Both the position numbers and the translations under genes were made by a program. The notes beneath the pieces are model-generated. The model had not been told where the DNA came from. It worked only from the letters and a program-made list of their open reading frames with translations, and ran no database searches. From NCBI GenBank assembly GCA_046563655.1, contig CM102284.1:2108001-2172000 (forward strand): a stretch of DNA of 64,000 bases, in the 5' to 3' direction. This DNA is from Yuukianura sp. NJ FZ-2021 (taxonomy: Eukaryota). Shown here one piece after another: positions 1 through 12,364 of the stretch (its first letter is position 1; each line of letters begins with the position of its first letter).

Positions 1-1377
1 GCCCTCTTTTTTAAGCAAAAGTTACATTTTTGGCTAGACTCCCAACTTTTCGCAACATTACATATCCTCTCACAGTTTGTAAATTTGATTGATTGGATGA
101 AGGTTCTGGTTAGGTTAGGTCAGATTTAGGCAAGAGCAGGTTCGCAATTTATCAATCTGCAACAAAAAGATACTTGATACGATACTGTTCAATTTTGACG
201 CATTTTTTTTTATTTTACTTTTAGTTGTTCATTGATTTTGCTTAAATTCTTTCTTGACTTGAAAGATTGCGAGGAAAATTTTTTCAAAGCACTTTTAATC
301 GTAATTTAGATTTTTTTTAGAAAAGTATTTAAGAATAGAAAACAAAAGTGTTTTTAATCTAAATATAATATTTGCATGTCTTGAATAATTATTGATTTTG
401 AGAAAATCAATTTACTAACAATAACACCTCGACAAATTTATTGTTTTCAAAATTTTACTTTCAGGATTCTTTTTTTGTATGTTTTCGTTAAGTGATGATT
501 CTAATCGATAAAAATTGACTAATATAAAGTATTCCTGTGTGGTTTCTTTACAGGTATACTTTTTACTTTTTCTGTACTAAAATGAAAGAGAGCAGAAGGG
601 CAGGCAAAGCACGATAGATTATATATAGCTTGCTGTCTGTGACTTATTCTATCTTCTGCAAATGATTTTAACAGAAATAAGATAAGGGTAGGCAAACGTG
701 GGACCAAATTTTGGGAAAAAATTTTTCCTGTCGCTAGAAGCCAATGGCACAATGTCAAATCAGTGGCATGGAAAAGTAGTATAGATTCAGGTTGACAACA
801 TGTCACTCTATGTCAAGCTGAGAGCCACTCCTCTCCCGGGAGACGAAAACGCTTCACTATACCAATGCACTTAACGCAATGAAAATACTTTTGAAACAGT
901 ATTTTTGCAAAGAAAAAAGATTGAAAATTCCATTTCCGCCGATCAAAAAGGATTTACAGAATTTTTTTGGAAGGAAATTTTAATACTCCAGTAGATTTTG
1001 CTTGCCAGGGTTTTGTTTTTAACTAAATCAAAACCCGCACTGAGTTTCGAAGTTTGAATTCCTGAAATGTAGAATGCTTGATGTTTGTGGTTCTAAATAA
1101 TCGATGATCGCTCCAGCGTCAAGTGGATTTGATTTTGTATTTATTTAAGTTAAATATTAATTGGTAATTGATGAAAGTAAGGAAAAGTTAAGATGGCTAC
1201 TCGATGACTCATTAGAATAGAAGACCTTACAGTAGGAAGATGAAACGAAGACTGTTCTATGAATGAATATAGTGGAGGAACACTCCTCCTTGCTTATGCT
1301 ATTAGTAAAGATACACCAAAGAGCGGCGACTTACACTATAGCAATGTGAAGAGAGCGGTTACTTGGAAATTACACTT

Positions 1378-1627
1378 ATGGCCAGTTCTACCATTGCAGG
1401 TTAAAGTTAAACGGAGTTTAGTGCAAACTAGTTCCACCTTTAAACTCAATTAACTTAATTATGCGTCAATTAATTTTGACATGCAAGGTATCAAAATTCT
1501 TGTATTCCTCCGCCGGTTAAAGTCCGGTTAAATTTAACCGGCCGATTTTCTCCAGTTAAATTTTTTAATCTCCGGTTAAATATTTAAACTCCGTTAAAAC
1601 TTAACCTACAATGGACGAACTGGGCAT
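1378..1627. mobile_element. MITE-like non-autonomous element with ~40-bp imperfect terminal inverted repeats
   Basis: 5' tggccagttctaccattgcaggttaaagttaaacggagttta matches the reverse complement of the 3' end (tgcccagttcgtccattgtaggttaagttttaacggagttta); no internal ORF of note. Confidence 0.7.
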
Positions 1628-4600
1628 TACTGTACTATCTCACTGCGCAAGTCCTTACAGTAGTAAATTGCATGCAGAACCAGATTCACGCTTAACCCTT
1701 TCTCACTTCACATAAGTGGATCAAAATAAATGTAAATAGCACTAAAAGTAAATCTAACCCTTTCACTTTCTGTCTCATCTCTTCCAGAGTATTTCTAAAG
1801 TTAAAGTTAGTAACCTAATTCCCGTCTCTGCAAAACAGGAAGCAATTTCCCGAACAATTCCTACAATTTCCAAAATTCTGATTCTAACCTTCATTTTTTT
1901 AAATTTCAGGCATTTTTACAAAAACTAAAAATAAATTTCCAAAACTGATTCTTGACAGTTGGATGGCTGACGATGGATTTAAATAAATTACAATGACAAA
2001 GTTTTTATCTCCGAACTTCAACTTAAGTTTAGAAAAGTTATTTCCCAAATGCATGAGCCCAACTTCTGTCACTTGTCAGTTGGGCTTAACTTTTGCCAAA
2101 ATTTTGTAATTTGGCGAATCCGCAAATCCCAGAGTAAACGAAGCACAGAATTGAAGCGATGAGTTGAAGAGTTTATTTTTATAATTCTTCTCTATCTGAA
2201 GTTTAATTCACTTCCAACATAAAGATTTCTGTTGCTCCCGCTTTTAATTCCCCAAAGTTTCAATTCCAGTATTCCCACACAGACGTTCGTCTTCTACTCG
2301 TTATTTTTTTAAGAAACACTTTTTTCTGATCTTTATCGATTCCAAACCTGCCAAAGTAGAATGTTCCAACGTAAAAATGTGGTAATTTTTTTGCCAAAAC
2401 CTAAAATTCGACACTTATCAACCTCTTTTTTAGTGTTTTACACTTGACCTTCAATTTTTTAAGGTTAAGTTTTCAGGAAAAATTTTAGTTTTAGTTTTCT
2501 TTTTCAAGTGGAAAATATAATTTGACACATGAAAAATTTTACTTCAAAGTAACTTACCAGCATTACCGCCAATAAAAATAAACCCATATTCACTTTTAGA
2601 ATGACAGCTGCCAGCACCAATAAAAGTTCTAAGAATACAAAAAAATCCAAATTTTTTTCAAACCTAACTAGTTCAGAAGTAATGGACTGACGAAAGGCAA
2701 AATTTCAAGCGAAGAGAAAGACAGAGAGGCGCCTGAAGGCAAATTGACACAACAGTCTTAGCATAGATATATCTACGTTGTCCAACAAACAAACAGACAT
2801 ACTAAAATATCGACAGACACGAATACTGGAAAATGCTTGAACGGATGGACGGACACACAAACAACTAACAACCAAGTACATAAAAGGCGGGTATGAATCT
2901 TCTAACAGACAATTACACGGGTACGGACAGACAGACAGAAGGACACACAGTGGTAATACCATACAGTTATTTTCTGAACAGAATTTGAAAATTCGAATGT
3001 TGTCATTTTTTATGTTGCTTTTTTCAAAGATTTGTTTCTATAATTTAATTTAAGTAAAAGTGGCTTAAGGTGACCAAACGAGACTCAATTTTTCTCACAT
3101 AAAAAATGTAGGAAATGCCTTGTTTTTGCGAAAGCTGTCGCTCCTTAGGGATGGAGCTTAGCATAATTTGGGAGATGGTGAAAATGAAAGCTGGGAACGT
3201 GGACGTGAGCGGGAAGGTGAAAGGTTATATAAGGGAAGTGGGACCCACTTCCCTTATTCCTTTGAGAACAGAGGCAGAAGGGACTTAAAGAGAAGGAATT
3301 TGAGTTAAAAAGAAATTTTTACAAAAAGGTGAAATAGGAAGTGCTTTTCTGTATTCTCACGCCATCCACTATTAGTTTCTCTCCGTTCCCTTCCCAGGGG
3401 AAAAGTGAATTCGTAAGGAATTTGGAAACTTCCAAGTTGTACTTTTTTAAAGCAAAGCTTCTACTTTTGAATTTGATTTCAATGTTTCGATTTTGAAACC
3501 CAATGCTCAATCCAACGCTGTAGAAGCGATGAACTACAAAAAGCTACAGAAATCGATACTACCATTAAAATTGAAAGACTGCGGAATATTTCCAGCAATA
3601 ATTATTGAAAAGGTTTAGTCAATTTGCAACGTTTTTCGAATCGATTGTGAATGATTTGGTGTCAAAAAAACTCAAGTATCGCGTTGTGAAAAATAGTTTT
3701 GTTTTATTAAAGTGAGCAAATTTTGTTTGCAATAAAACCGTATGAAGTCACTTTGAAGGTTTTTGATTTGGAATTTTTTCCCGTTGAATTTCATGTTGTC
3801 GGATATTTTGAAACTCATGTTCTGATTTGAACACGCGGACATTTCCCAAGTCTATTGACTAAGTCTATTGACTCTGAAATTTCAATTTCTCCGTAGCACT
3901 GAACCTTGTTTTTCTAAGTAGCTGTGTGAGAACCATATCCTCTCCAAGTGTTGCACTTTTTCAAATGGAACAAAAGCGGAGAAAGTAAAAACAAGGAGAA
4001 AACAAAAAGTCTTTGTTTTCACATAGAACTAAAACTCATTTACACGCCAACAGTTTTGTGGTAGAGAAAAAGTAAAGAAGTCCGTATAACCCCCAGACCT
4101 CGGTGAAAGTGCCTCTTTGCCCACTAGATGCACTACAGTTTCCAACACACTTGGAGAAGTACGATTGTGAACAAACATTTCAAGTTGCTGAAATTTTTTT
4201 TGTTTATATGAAGGAAACAACAGTTTGTAAATGTTTTCTTGCGGTCGAATAGACATAGATGACAGATCATTCGTATTATTTATGTAGGGCTTTAAAGTAT
4301 ATTAACTGTCACTCTACAAAGACAGTTTTGTAGACAGAGTTTGAAATGGAGTTTCAGTCTTATTTGGAATACAAAAAGCTATTGCATGCGATTTTGCTTA
4401 ACAATGCCGATCTGCCTGTATCGCCGTAACCGGTAACTCAGAAACTATTCAACAAGTTTCGTAATTTCACATACACAAGTTACCAGATTTCTTTTGTTTT
4501 GAAATAATCAAAAAAATTTTAAGTCAAACAATTAATGCATTAAAAATACTATATGCGTTCACTATTTTCGAACGGCGTTTTCGCAAGTAAGTTTCAAATT

Positions 4601-5396
4601 TTCCACTCGTTGAATCCGGCATGTCCAAAAAGTAAACAATTTAATATGCGTGTCATTTCAAGCATAAAGCATTTTGACATTAAAGGTGAAACAACAATTA
4701 CCACTTCAATTTCACAATCTTTTTATTTATGCAATAGCTGTCATATGCTTACACATAACCCAAGGGCAACATGTCCTTGTACATCAATACTTTTTCTGTT
4801 ACTAGAATTTGAAATACTATATTTCTAGTTTCTCCTTATCGACCGACCTAACGAAAAAGTGTGAACATTTCACACTCTAATGAAGGAAATGCATAGAATT
4901 CATAAGTAGCATTCTCAACCCTTTTGAACAATTTGCACGAAAACTTTGTGTCTCATTTTTGAAAAAAAGAAGAAACTTGGGTATCTATTTGTAATTTGAA
5001 AAATCCCAATAAACAAAATCACTCCGTATTACAGTTTCGGTTCTTGCAAAAAAAAAAACCCTTTGAAAAAAAAAAATAACTGCCATTGCTTTTCCTAACA
5101 AAGGAGAAATTTTTTAAGATTGCCTTGATGGTCATTTTTCCTTGAAAATCACAGGATGTGGTACCTAGTACACTTTAGTACAACAAAATTTTGAATTAAA
5201 TAAAAACCGAAATTTTCAAATTCAACTCAAGTCAAGTTACTTCCGAATTTTTTTAACCAAAAAATGGAAGTGGTTACCGCCTTGGAACTTAAAAAAAATT
5301 GTTTTTGTCAAACTTTTAACTTCTGCAAAACTTCAGAACAGTCCAGCAAATCAACTGAATTAACTCAGTTGAAATATTTATTTTATTTGTGAAACA

Positions 5397-6065
5397 ATGC
5401 TGCCGGCTTTAACCATTATAATTTTGTTTGCATTCGCAACGCTTCCAAATACTGCAACTGGGCAAGACGTATTTGTAAGTTGTCAGTATTCAAACGATTA
5501 ACCAAAAAAAAATAATTACCAAGAAAAATTTTTTTCTTATATTAATAGAAATAGTTGAACATCTGTTTTTTTACCGCAGACTCCGCTTGTTGTAAAAGAA
5601 CTTTTGAAAGAAGCTTGGAAGGATTTGGCTCCATTCAAAAAAACTGCAGTTGACCGACTGCATGGAGCTGTTTTTGGACAAGGAAGAGCCGCAAGATCCA
5701 CTGACATTGTGATTTTCAATCTGACGGATTACAGATTCAAGCTCAGGGGAAGTAATTGTACAAATGGAGGTTGGACTAACACTCTACTGCCCGAGTACAT
5801 CATTCCACCCCATACTTCAGTCGTCTTTGGAGCAGAGAGTTATCGACTATTCAAGGGACTTTCAAACTGCCGTCTTCGCTACAAAAGCAGAGACAGAAAA
5901 GCATCTTTTGAAATTTCAGTAAGCAACCACTACATTGGGCGCAACATGGCCACTGCAGAAGGAAAGAATGTGGAAGTGTCAACAGTGGTAGGCAGTGGAA
6001 ACAACAATATCGTTCGATTCACTGTACACGACCACTTCGTTTCGAATAAAACCAAGGTCATGTAA
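5397..6065 (+). CDS. Secreted aegerolysin / Cry34 (crystal protein ET79)-like protein, 2 exons (5397-5474, 5580-6065)
   Basis: Exon 1 MLPALTIIILFAFATLPNTATGQDVF (signal peptide-like), GTAAGT..CGCAG phase-0 intron, exon 2 in frame with ORF 5604-6065. Motif string ARST..IFNLTDY....GGW...P.YIIPP....FGAES....G...RLRY...N.YIG.N resembles ET79/aegerolysin beta-sandwich proteins (recognised by eye). Confidence 0.65.
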
Positions 6066-6422
6066 CTCACTCTTTGAGTATCTAAAGACAAAATACTTAT
6101 TTCAAAGTTATTGCTTTTACAAGAAATTTTAAATTTAATAAATTCGCATACAACGTAAAACGATAACGTTGAAATTTGCATAAAAACGCTCATAGCATGT
6201 AGTAAATGGATTCTGTAGCTGTGCGGATTAGTGGATTATACTACTCCGGGATAAAAATTGGTTTAATCATGACAAAAATGTATTTCTCTACCAGTACAGT
6301 TTCGGAAACTATAAACTGAATTTTCGAGACGAAATGGCGTGTTTGCAAATAAGTTTATTTTGATCTGAACTTTGCAGTTGCAGCATTTTGCACTTGGTAG
6401 TAATTGACCTTTAATGTTAGTT

Positions 6423-8393
6423 TCATTCGAAACAGTAGGCGAATCCGTTTATACACTTGCCACCACTGAATCCTTCGTCCTTGCAGCACTGGCAAGCACT
6501 TTCGTTGCCGTAAATGCAAGAATGGTAGCACAGTCTCATCCGAAATGCACTTTCAAGTTCTAAAAAATAGAGAAGTTTCTATGAAATTGAAGATTCATTT
6601 CAAAATTTCGTTTTTGTTCCCATTTACCTTCTGGAGTTCCAGTACTGCAAGTTGATGCAGGCGGGGCGACAGGAACAGGAGGAAGTGCTGATTCATTTGC
6701 ACGAACCCCCACAAGCGTATCATCGTTTCGGACGCGGGGAAAGTCGACTTCTTTCAGCCAGCATTCTGGCCTCGACTTTTTCCAAACTAAAAAATACATT
6801 ATAATTAATTCAATATATGTTAAATCATTACATTCATAAAATAATCATACGCTTAAGTTACCAAATGCTCGACAACGCTTCTCCTTGTTACACATTTCAC
6901 AGCAAGTTGCCAAATTCACGCCTCGAGTCCAGGTAAGATCGTGTGTGCCAGGAGCAATGTCCCACCCAGAATTTAGTGCAGAACATTCTAAACGAAACAT
7001 TCAAATGTAGCGGTACCGAAACCGGTTTCGAAACAGTACTGGAAAGTGAGTCATGCGGCATGACTCATGCCGATCTTACCTTTTACCGGTTCAATAGCTG
7101 CAGGAATTCCAGACGTTCTGTCGTCATTGCGAACTTGTGGAGTCGTAGTGGACTTTACCCAGCAAGTTTTAGACGATTTACTCCAAACGAAGGCTTTGCA
7201 TTTTGGCGTGACCTTGCAGAGGTCACAGCATCCTTCAAGGTCAAGTCCACCTCGTGGAGAAATAAGGCTGTTTGCTCCAGCACTGTACTCAATTCCCGGG
7301 ATAACACTGCCACTACATTGCTTGTGCCCTAAGTACCAAAGCAGCACACATTTTTTTTGAAATTTTAGGCACATGTGAAGCTAAGTAGTTTTCTTTGAAA
7401 TTTCTGAAACCTGATAGTGGAGGATCCGCCAATCCAGAAATCCGATCGTCGTTAGCAGTTTTTGGAGTGTCGGTGGATTTGAGCCAACATGTGAGTCCAG
7501 ATTTACTCCAAACATAGGCTTTACACCCTGGCGTGACCTTGCAGAGGTCACAACATCCTGCAAGGTCAAATCTCTCTCGAGACAAGATGTCATGTGACCC
7601 CGGACTATAGTCAACACCCGAGTTCACATTATAGCATTGCTGCGGTGGTACTAAAATTTCAAAAACATAATTTTTTTGACACAATTTTTCCAGAATTTGT
7701 TGAAATGGCTTACTGATTGGAGTCGCCGGTTCCGGAATTCCAGACATTCGATCCTCGCTGTAAACAATTGGCGTATCGGTTGATTTGAGCCAACAAGTTT
7801 TGCCAGATTTGCTCCAAACGAATGCTTTGCACCCAGAAGTGACCTTACACAGGTCACAGCATCGACCAAGGTCAAATCCCTCTCGAGACAACATGTCATG
7901 TGACCCTGGACTGTAATCCACGCCGGAATTTATATTATGACATTGTTGATCTGTATAACCAAAATTCACATTTTTTTTTTTTTTTTTGGAAAATTTAACA
8001 CTTTTATACCAATCGGTTGGGCTGAAGGTTCCGGCAGTCCAGAAACCACATCTTCGTCATTAGTCTTTGGCGTGTCAGTGGATTTGAGCCAACATGTTTT
8101 AGTGGACACCCTCCAGGCAAATGCCCTACACCCTGGCGTGACCTTGCAGAGGTCACAACATCCCCCGAGGCCAAACCCCTCCCTGAACAAGATGTCGTTT
8201 GACCCTGGACTGTAGTCCACTCCTGAATTCACGTTAGAGCATTGTTGCTGACCTGAAATTTAGAATTGAAATTTATAAGAATTAATTGCCATTTTGATTT
8301 ACAATTTCTGTTTTAAGACACAAAATTTTAAGTACCATGAGTAGCAATTGTTCCAAAAACTAAGATGAAATAAAACAGGGATCCCAATGACAT
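6423..8393 (-). CDS. Secreted protein with five PAN/Apple (PAN_4-like) domains and a C-terminal cysteine-rich defensin-like domain, ~8 exons
   Basis: ATG 8393 gives MSLGSLFYFILVFGTIATHG (signal peptide); repeated C-x(8)-DY...CCDLCKVTPGCKAFVW......CWLKS modules; GT-AG introns between modules; last exon 6423-6559 reads ELESAFRMRLCYHSCIYGNESACQCCKDEGFSGGKCINGFAYCFE*. Confidence 0.85.
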
Positions 8394-9216
8394 GATTTCA
8401 AGATACGACTAAAATTATAGCTGAACTTTAATTATTTGAGTTAAATTAAACTTGACACAAGTATTTAAATATTGAAATATGTTTAAGTATTTGAATATTT
8501 CAGTGCTTTGTTCTACTCTCCAATTAGTCAAGCCAAGACTCAACTTCTCAAAAACGAAAATTCGACAAGCACAAGAACTAGTAAGTAACACAGACTTTAA
8601 CAAAAATTCTAAAAAAGACACAACTGAACCCTCTGTTTTTATGTAGTTTGTGTCTTATTTTTGTTTTTCCCAGTATATACAAAACTTTACTGCCTATAGG
8701 TCAACTTTTTGTATAATTGTTTTTTGTTAATAAGTAAAAACTGGATGCTAAATTGTGGTTCTCGCTAAAAATGATCTGGACCAATTATTTTCTGGGATGA
8801 ATACTTTTAAAGATGATTCACAAACAACACAACAACAACATCCAACTACTACTCAAGTTCAAATTCAAAAGCTAACTTATGTAATGTTATGTCATCCTAT
8901 TATCCTGAAGCTTGAATCATAGCAGCATATCAGCGTGGTGTTTTTGACTTTTGTACTTTTCAGGGTCAGTGAATTTTCACAGACGTCTTCAATTTTAAAG
9001 GAAAAAAAATTGTGATAACAGTATTCTTAGAAAACTAAAAATTTTGAAATACATGAATTTGAAATGAATTTTTTCGAATTCCAGAAAATTAATTTAATAT
9101 TACAACGTTTATTATAATAATATTAAAACGAACAAGATTATTCATAATTTAGAAGAATTTTTTGTATCAATTTTTGTCCTTAACGTTAAAATTGCTAGAA
9201 ACTGAAAGAAATATTT

Positions 9217-11324
9217 TTACTTGAAAATGAATTTTGAGTAGTCAAAGGACCTCGCTTTGCGCCAATACTCAAAGGCTGAAAATGTAGCTATAGCGAATAA
9301 CTTTCCTTCATTGTTTGACAACCATGATCTGGCAGAGGGATTATTTGGAATGACGTTAGCAGACAGTGATTTGTCAATTTCAGTCATATAAGCATCTTCC
9401 GCTTCCTTTTTCACCACAACAAATTTCTTCTTTTCAGCTACCATTCGCTTCAAAATTTTTAGTGCATAGTTCGTCTGAGTTTCTATCATGAATATCGCAG
9501 TTGTGATTGCAAGAAGCTGAAAACGAAGTTTGATTAGACTTTGCTATATTTTAAATAAAGCTAGAACGCTGTTTGCTGCAAATTTTAATTATTTTACGTT
9601 TACCCCAAGAGGACCTCCAATGAAAAACAAATTTGGAGCCAGAGTACTGCACAAGGCGATAAAATTTCTCGGTCTATCTTTTTTCCAAATTTCCAAAACG
9701 TCTTGGCCGTTCAGACCAATCATTTTCATTGGTCCAAAAATTTCTTGTGACTTGAATCCAGTTGCCAGAATCAAAACCTAAAAAATTATATAAAAAAAAA
9801 CTGAAATTTTGAAACAAAACAAAAAGCCAACATACACAGATTTGATGTCTAACAAACTTACATCCAATGGAGTTTCTTGTTCCCCATTTGCAACCACGCC
9901 TGTTCGCGTGACCTCTGAAATTCCATTGAAGTGAACCGTGACCTTGTCCGAGGCCAGAGCTGGAAAGTACGTGCTCGAAAACGATATAACTTTGCATCCG
10001 AAATCATAGTTGGGCACAAGTCGCTTCCACAATTCTGGTTTTGCTTTGGTTTGTTCTTTAATAAAGTTTGTTGCCATTTCTGTCACTGTGAAAATAAATT
10101 ATAATTTAGCAACGCGTGGAATTATTTTCGAAATAATTTTTGTTCAAAACACGCTTGCGCAGAAATTTTTTTCATTTTTGTGCCCGTACCTTTTTTGTTA
10201 GCTTCGGATCTGTAAACTCCCGCCTTGGCTAAATCGTTAAACTTCCAGAAATGGCTCCACCGATGACATTTCATAACGAATGGAATATTTCTAAACGCCC
10301 ATTTACGGAAAGCACTGTACTCGTGAATTTCTTTTGGCATCACCCAAGCCGTTTGGCGTTGAAATGAATGCAGTGTCTTCACTCTCGGCGCAATCGCAGG
10401 AATTAGTTGAACAGCAGATGAGCCTGTACCGACAACTCCGACGACTTTGCCCTCCAGCTCCACAGAATTGTCCCATTCGGCAGTATGAAAGCAAGGGCCA
10501 GCAAAATTTTCAAAACTTTTGGGTTTGTTGGGCTGCCAAAGAGAATTGATTCCTGAAAAACTAAAATTGGACACTGTGAGATTTCAAACTGGTGACAAAA
10601 ATAATTTTTGTCACAAGTTTCATAATTATCATAAAGCTTACACAAAATCAAAATGTCTTTCTTCCTTGATTCCGTTTTCTTCTTTTGCAATAACTGTCCA
10701 CTTGTTCGTGGCTTCATTCCAAGTCACAGATTCAATTTCTGTTTTTAACTTCAAATGGTCGTAGAGCTCGTACTTCCGTGCCACTTTTTTCATATAACTC
10801 AAAATTTCGGATTGACTTGCAAAATTTCTTGACCAATCTATGTATGCAAGAGAATCAAAATTGAACTGTTTAGATTACTTTTTTAATTAATATCGTTGTT
10901 AATTAATTAAAATTGATTATTGAATTGGATAAATTAGCCAAGCATAATTTAACTTTTCAGTGGCCTAGCATGCACACTTTTGAAAAATTGTGAATTTGAA
11001 TTTACCTGGATTTGGTTCGAATGACCATGAGTAGAAATGACTCGGAAAGTCACATTGGCTACCCGGGTAAACATTTGCAAGCCAAGCTCCTCCGATATCA
11101 TCATTTTTTTCATAAATTGTAAATGTCTTCCACTTCAACGTTCGTCTAATTTGTATGCCAACAGTAAGCCCTGCAAATCTACGGAGAAAAATAAGGTTTA
11201 CTCAAAACAAAACGAATTAAAGGAATTCGGGAAAAACTATTCCTTAAAAAACGCCAAAAATATAGTTTTTTTTAGCAATAAAAACCAACCCAGCACCAAG
11301 GATGCAAATGTCTGGTGTCCCCAT
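9217..11324 (-). CDS. Type I Baeyer-Villiger-type flavin monooxygenase, copy A (multi-exon)
   Basis: MGTPDICILGAG|FAGL (FAD GxGxxG), GGAWLANVYPGSQCDFPSHFYSWSF, BVMO fingerprint FAGPCFHTAEWD (FxGxxxHxxxWD), VGVVGTGSSAVQL (NADPH Rossmann), ILATGF, PNLFFIGGP; splice sites flank the ORF pieces. Confidence 0.9.
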
Positions 11325-11462
11325 TTCTTGTGAAGAGTGTTTTGACAACTGCGGTTCACCAAACAAAAGTAAAGTCGAAGTAATAACCTCTATGGTATCC
11401 ACTTCTGCTTGGATTTAGGCGAGATTAGAAAGGCTGTGACGCGACGATGCAATTTGAGGAGC

Positions 11463-11523
11463 ATACTGGAAGGAACTGGCTTTTATAGGCGTTTTTCTAG
11501 ACGTAATTTGAGTAACGCGTGGC
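11463..11523 (-). promoter_or_regulatory. TATA-containing promoter block conserved between the two monooxygenase paralogs (second copy 16371-16432)
   Basis: atactgga...ggcttttatagg...atttgagta.cg.gtgg is present upstream of both copies; the minus strand reads CCTATAAAAGCC. Confidence 0.55.
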
Positions 11524-12364
11524 CATGTCACTCAACTATACTTCATTACACTACACTGACTGAGAAGAGGAGTAAATTACTGCCAGTAATCTAGTGCTAC
11601 GGTACTGTTACAAAACAAGGCAAACAAGGCTAGATTTTCAAATAATAATAATATTTTTCAGGTTTAGTAAAATATTCAATTCTAACATTTTTTTTTCAAA
11701 TTTTTGTTGAATCTGCAAAATAAGGGTTTTTTACAAACGATGCATACTAATAGAAACTAATTGGAACTCATTTTATAGAGTTTATAGAATATAAATAGAA
11801 TATATAGAATAAATAGAACATAAATATAGTTCGAGTTATCCCGTAGGAGATTATACCATCCCCCAAACTGTCATTCAAATCGGAATTAGGAGAAAATTTC
11901 GAGAGTTGGATTTGAAATGTCGGAAAGAGTGCCAACTTCGTGCATTTCAACTTCCAGTTCTTCTATTTTTGAATTTCACATGGACGCCCCAATGAAACCC
12001 ACCAAAAAGTGATCCCACCATTCGTGGCAACATTTATTTAATTTTTTTTAATTAAAAAAAAACATTTACCCCAAGAAAATTTATTTATATGTTTATGAAT
12101 TAATTTTTAATTAACCAATTTTTATTTGCTCCAAATAAGTTGCCGAAGTATGCTTCAAAAATAAAACCTGAGTCGTAATTTTTTGGGAGTCGTCATCAAA
12201 AGAACTAATAGAGTTAAGAGTTTGTATTGGACAACTAAAGTTAAATAGTTAAAATAATAACTCCTTTTGCCCAATTAAGTGCTTCCAGTGCTTTTTTATA
12301 GCGTGAACTTTTGTCTGAAACCATTGGGATAGTATTAAGCAAATTCAAAATTTTACCGCGTTCT

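Noticed and set aside
1-5300. Short ORFs and a degenerate GACA-rich tract (2700-2960)
   Set aside because: No recognisable domains or consistent splice models; treated as intergenic or intronic.
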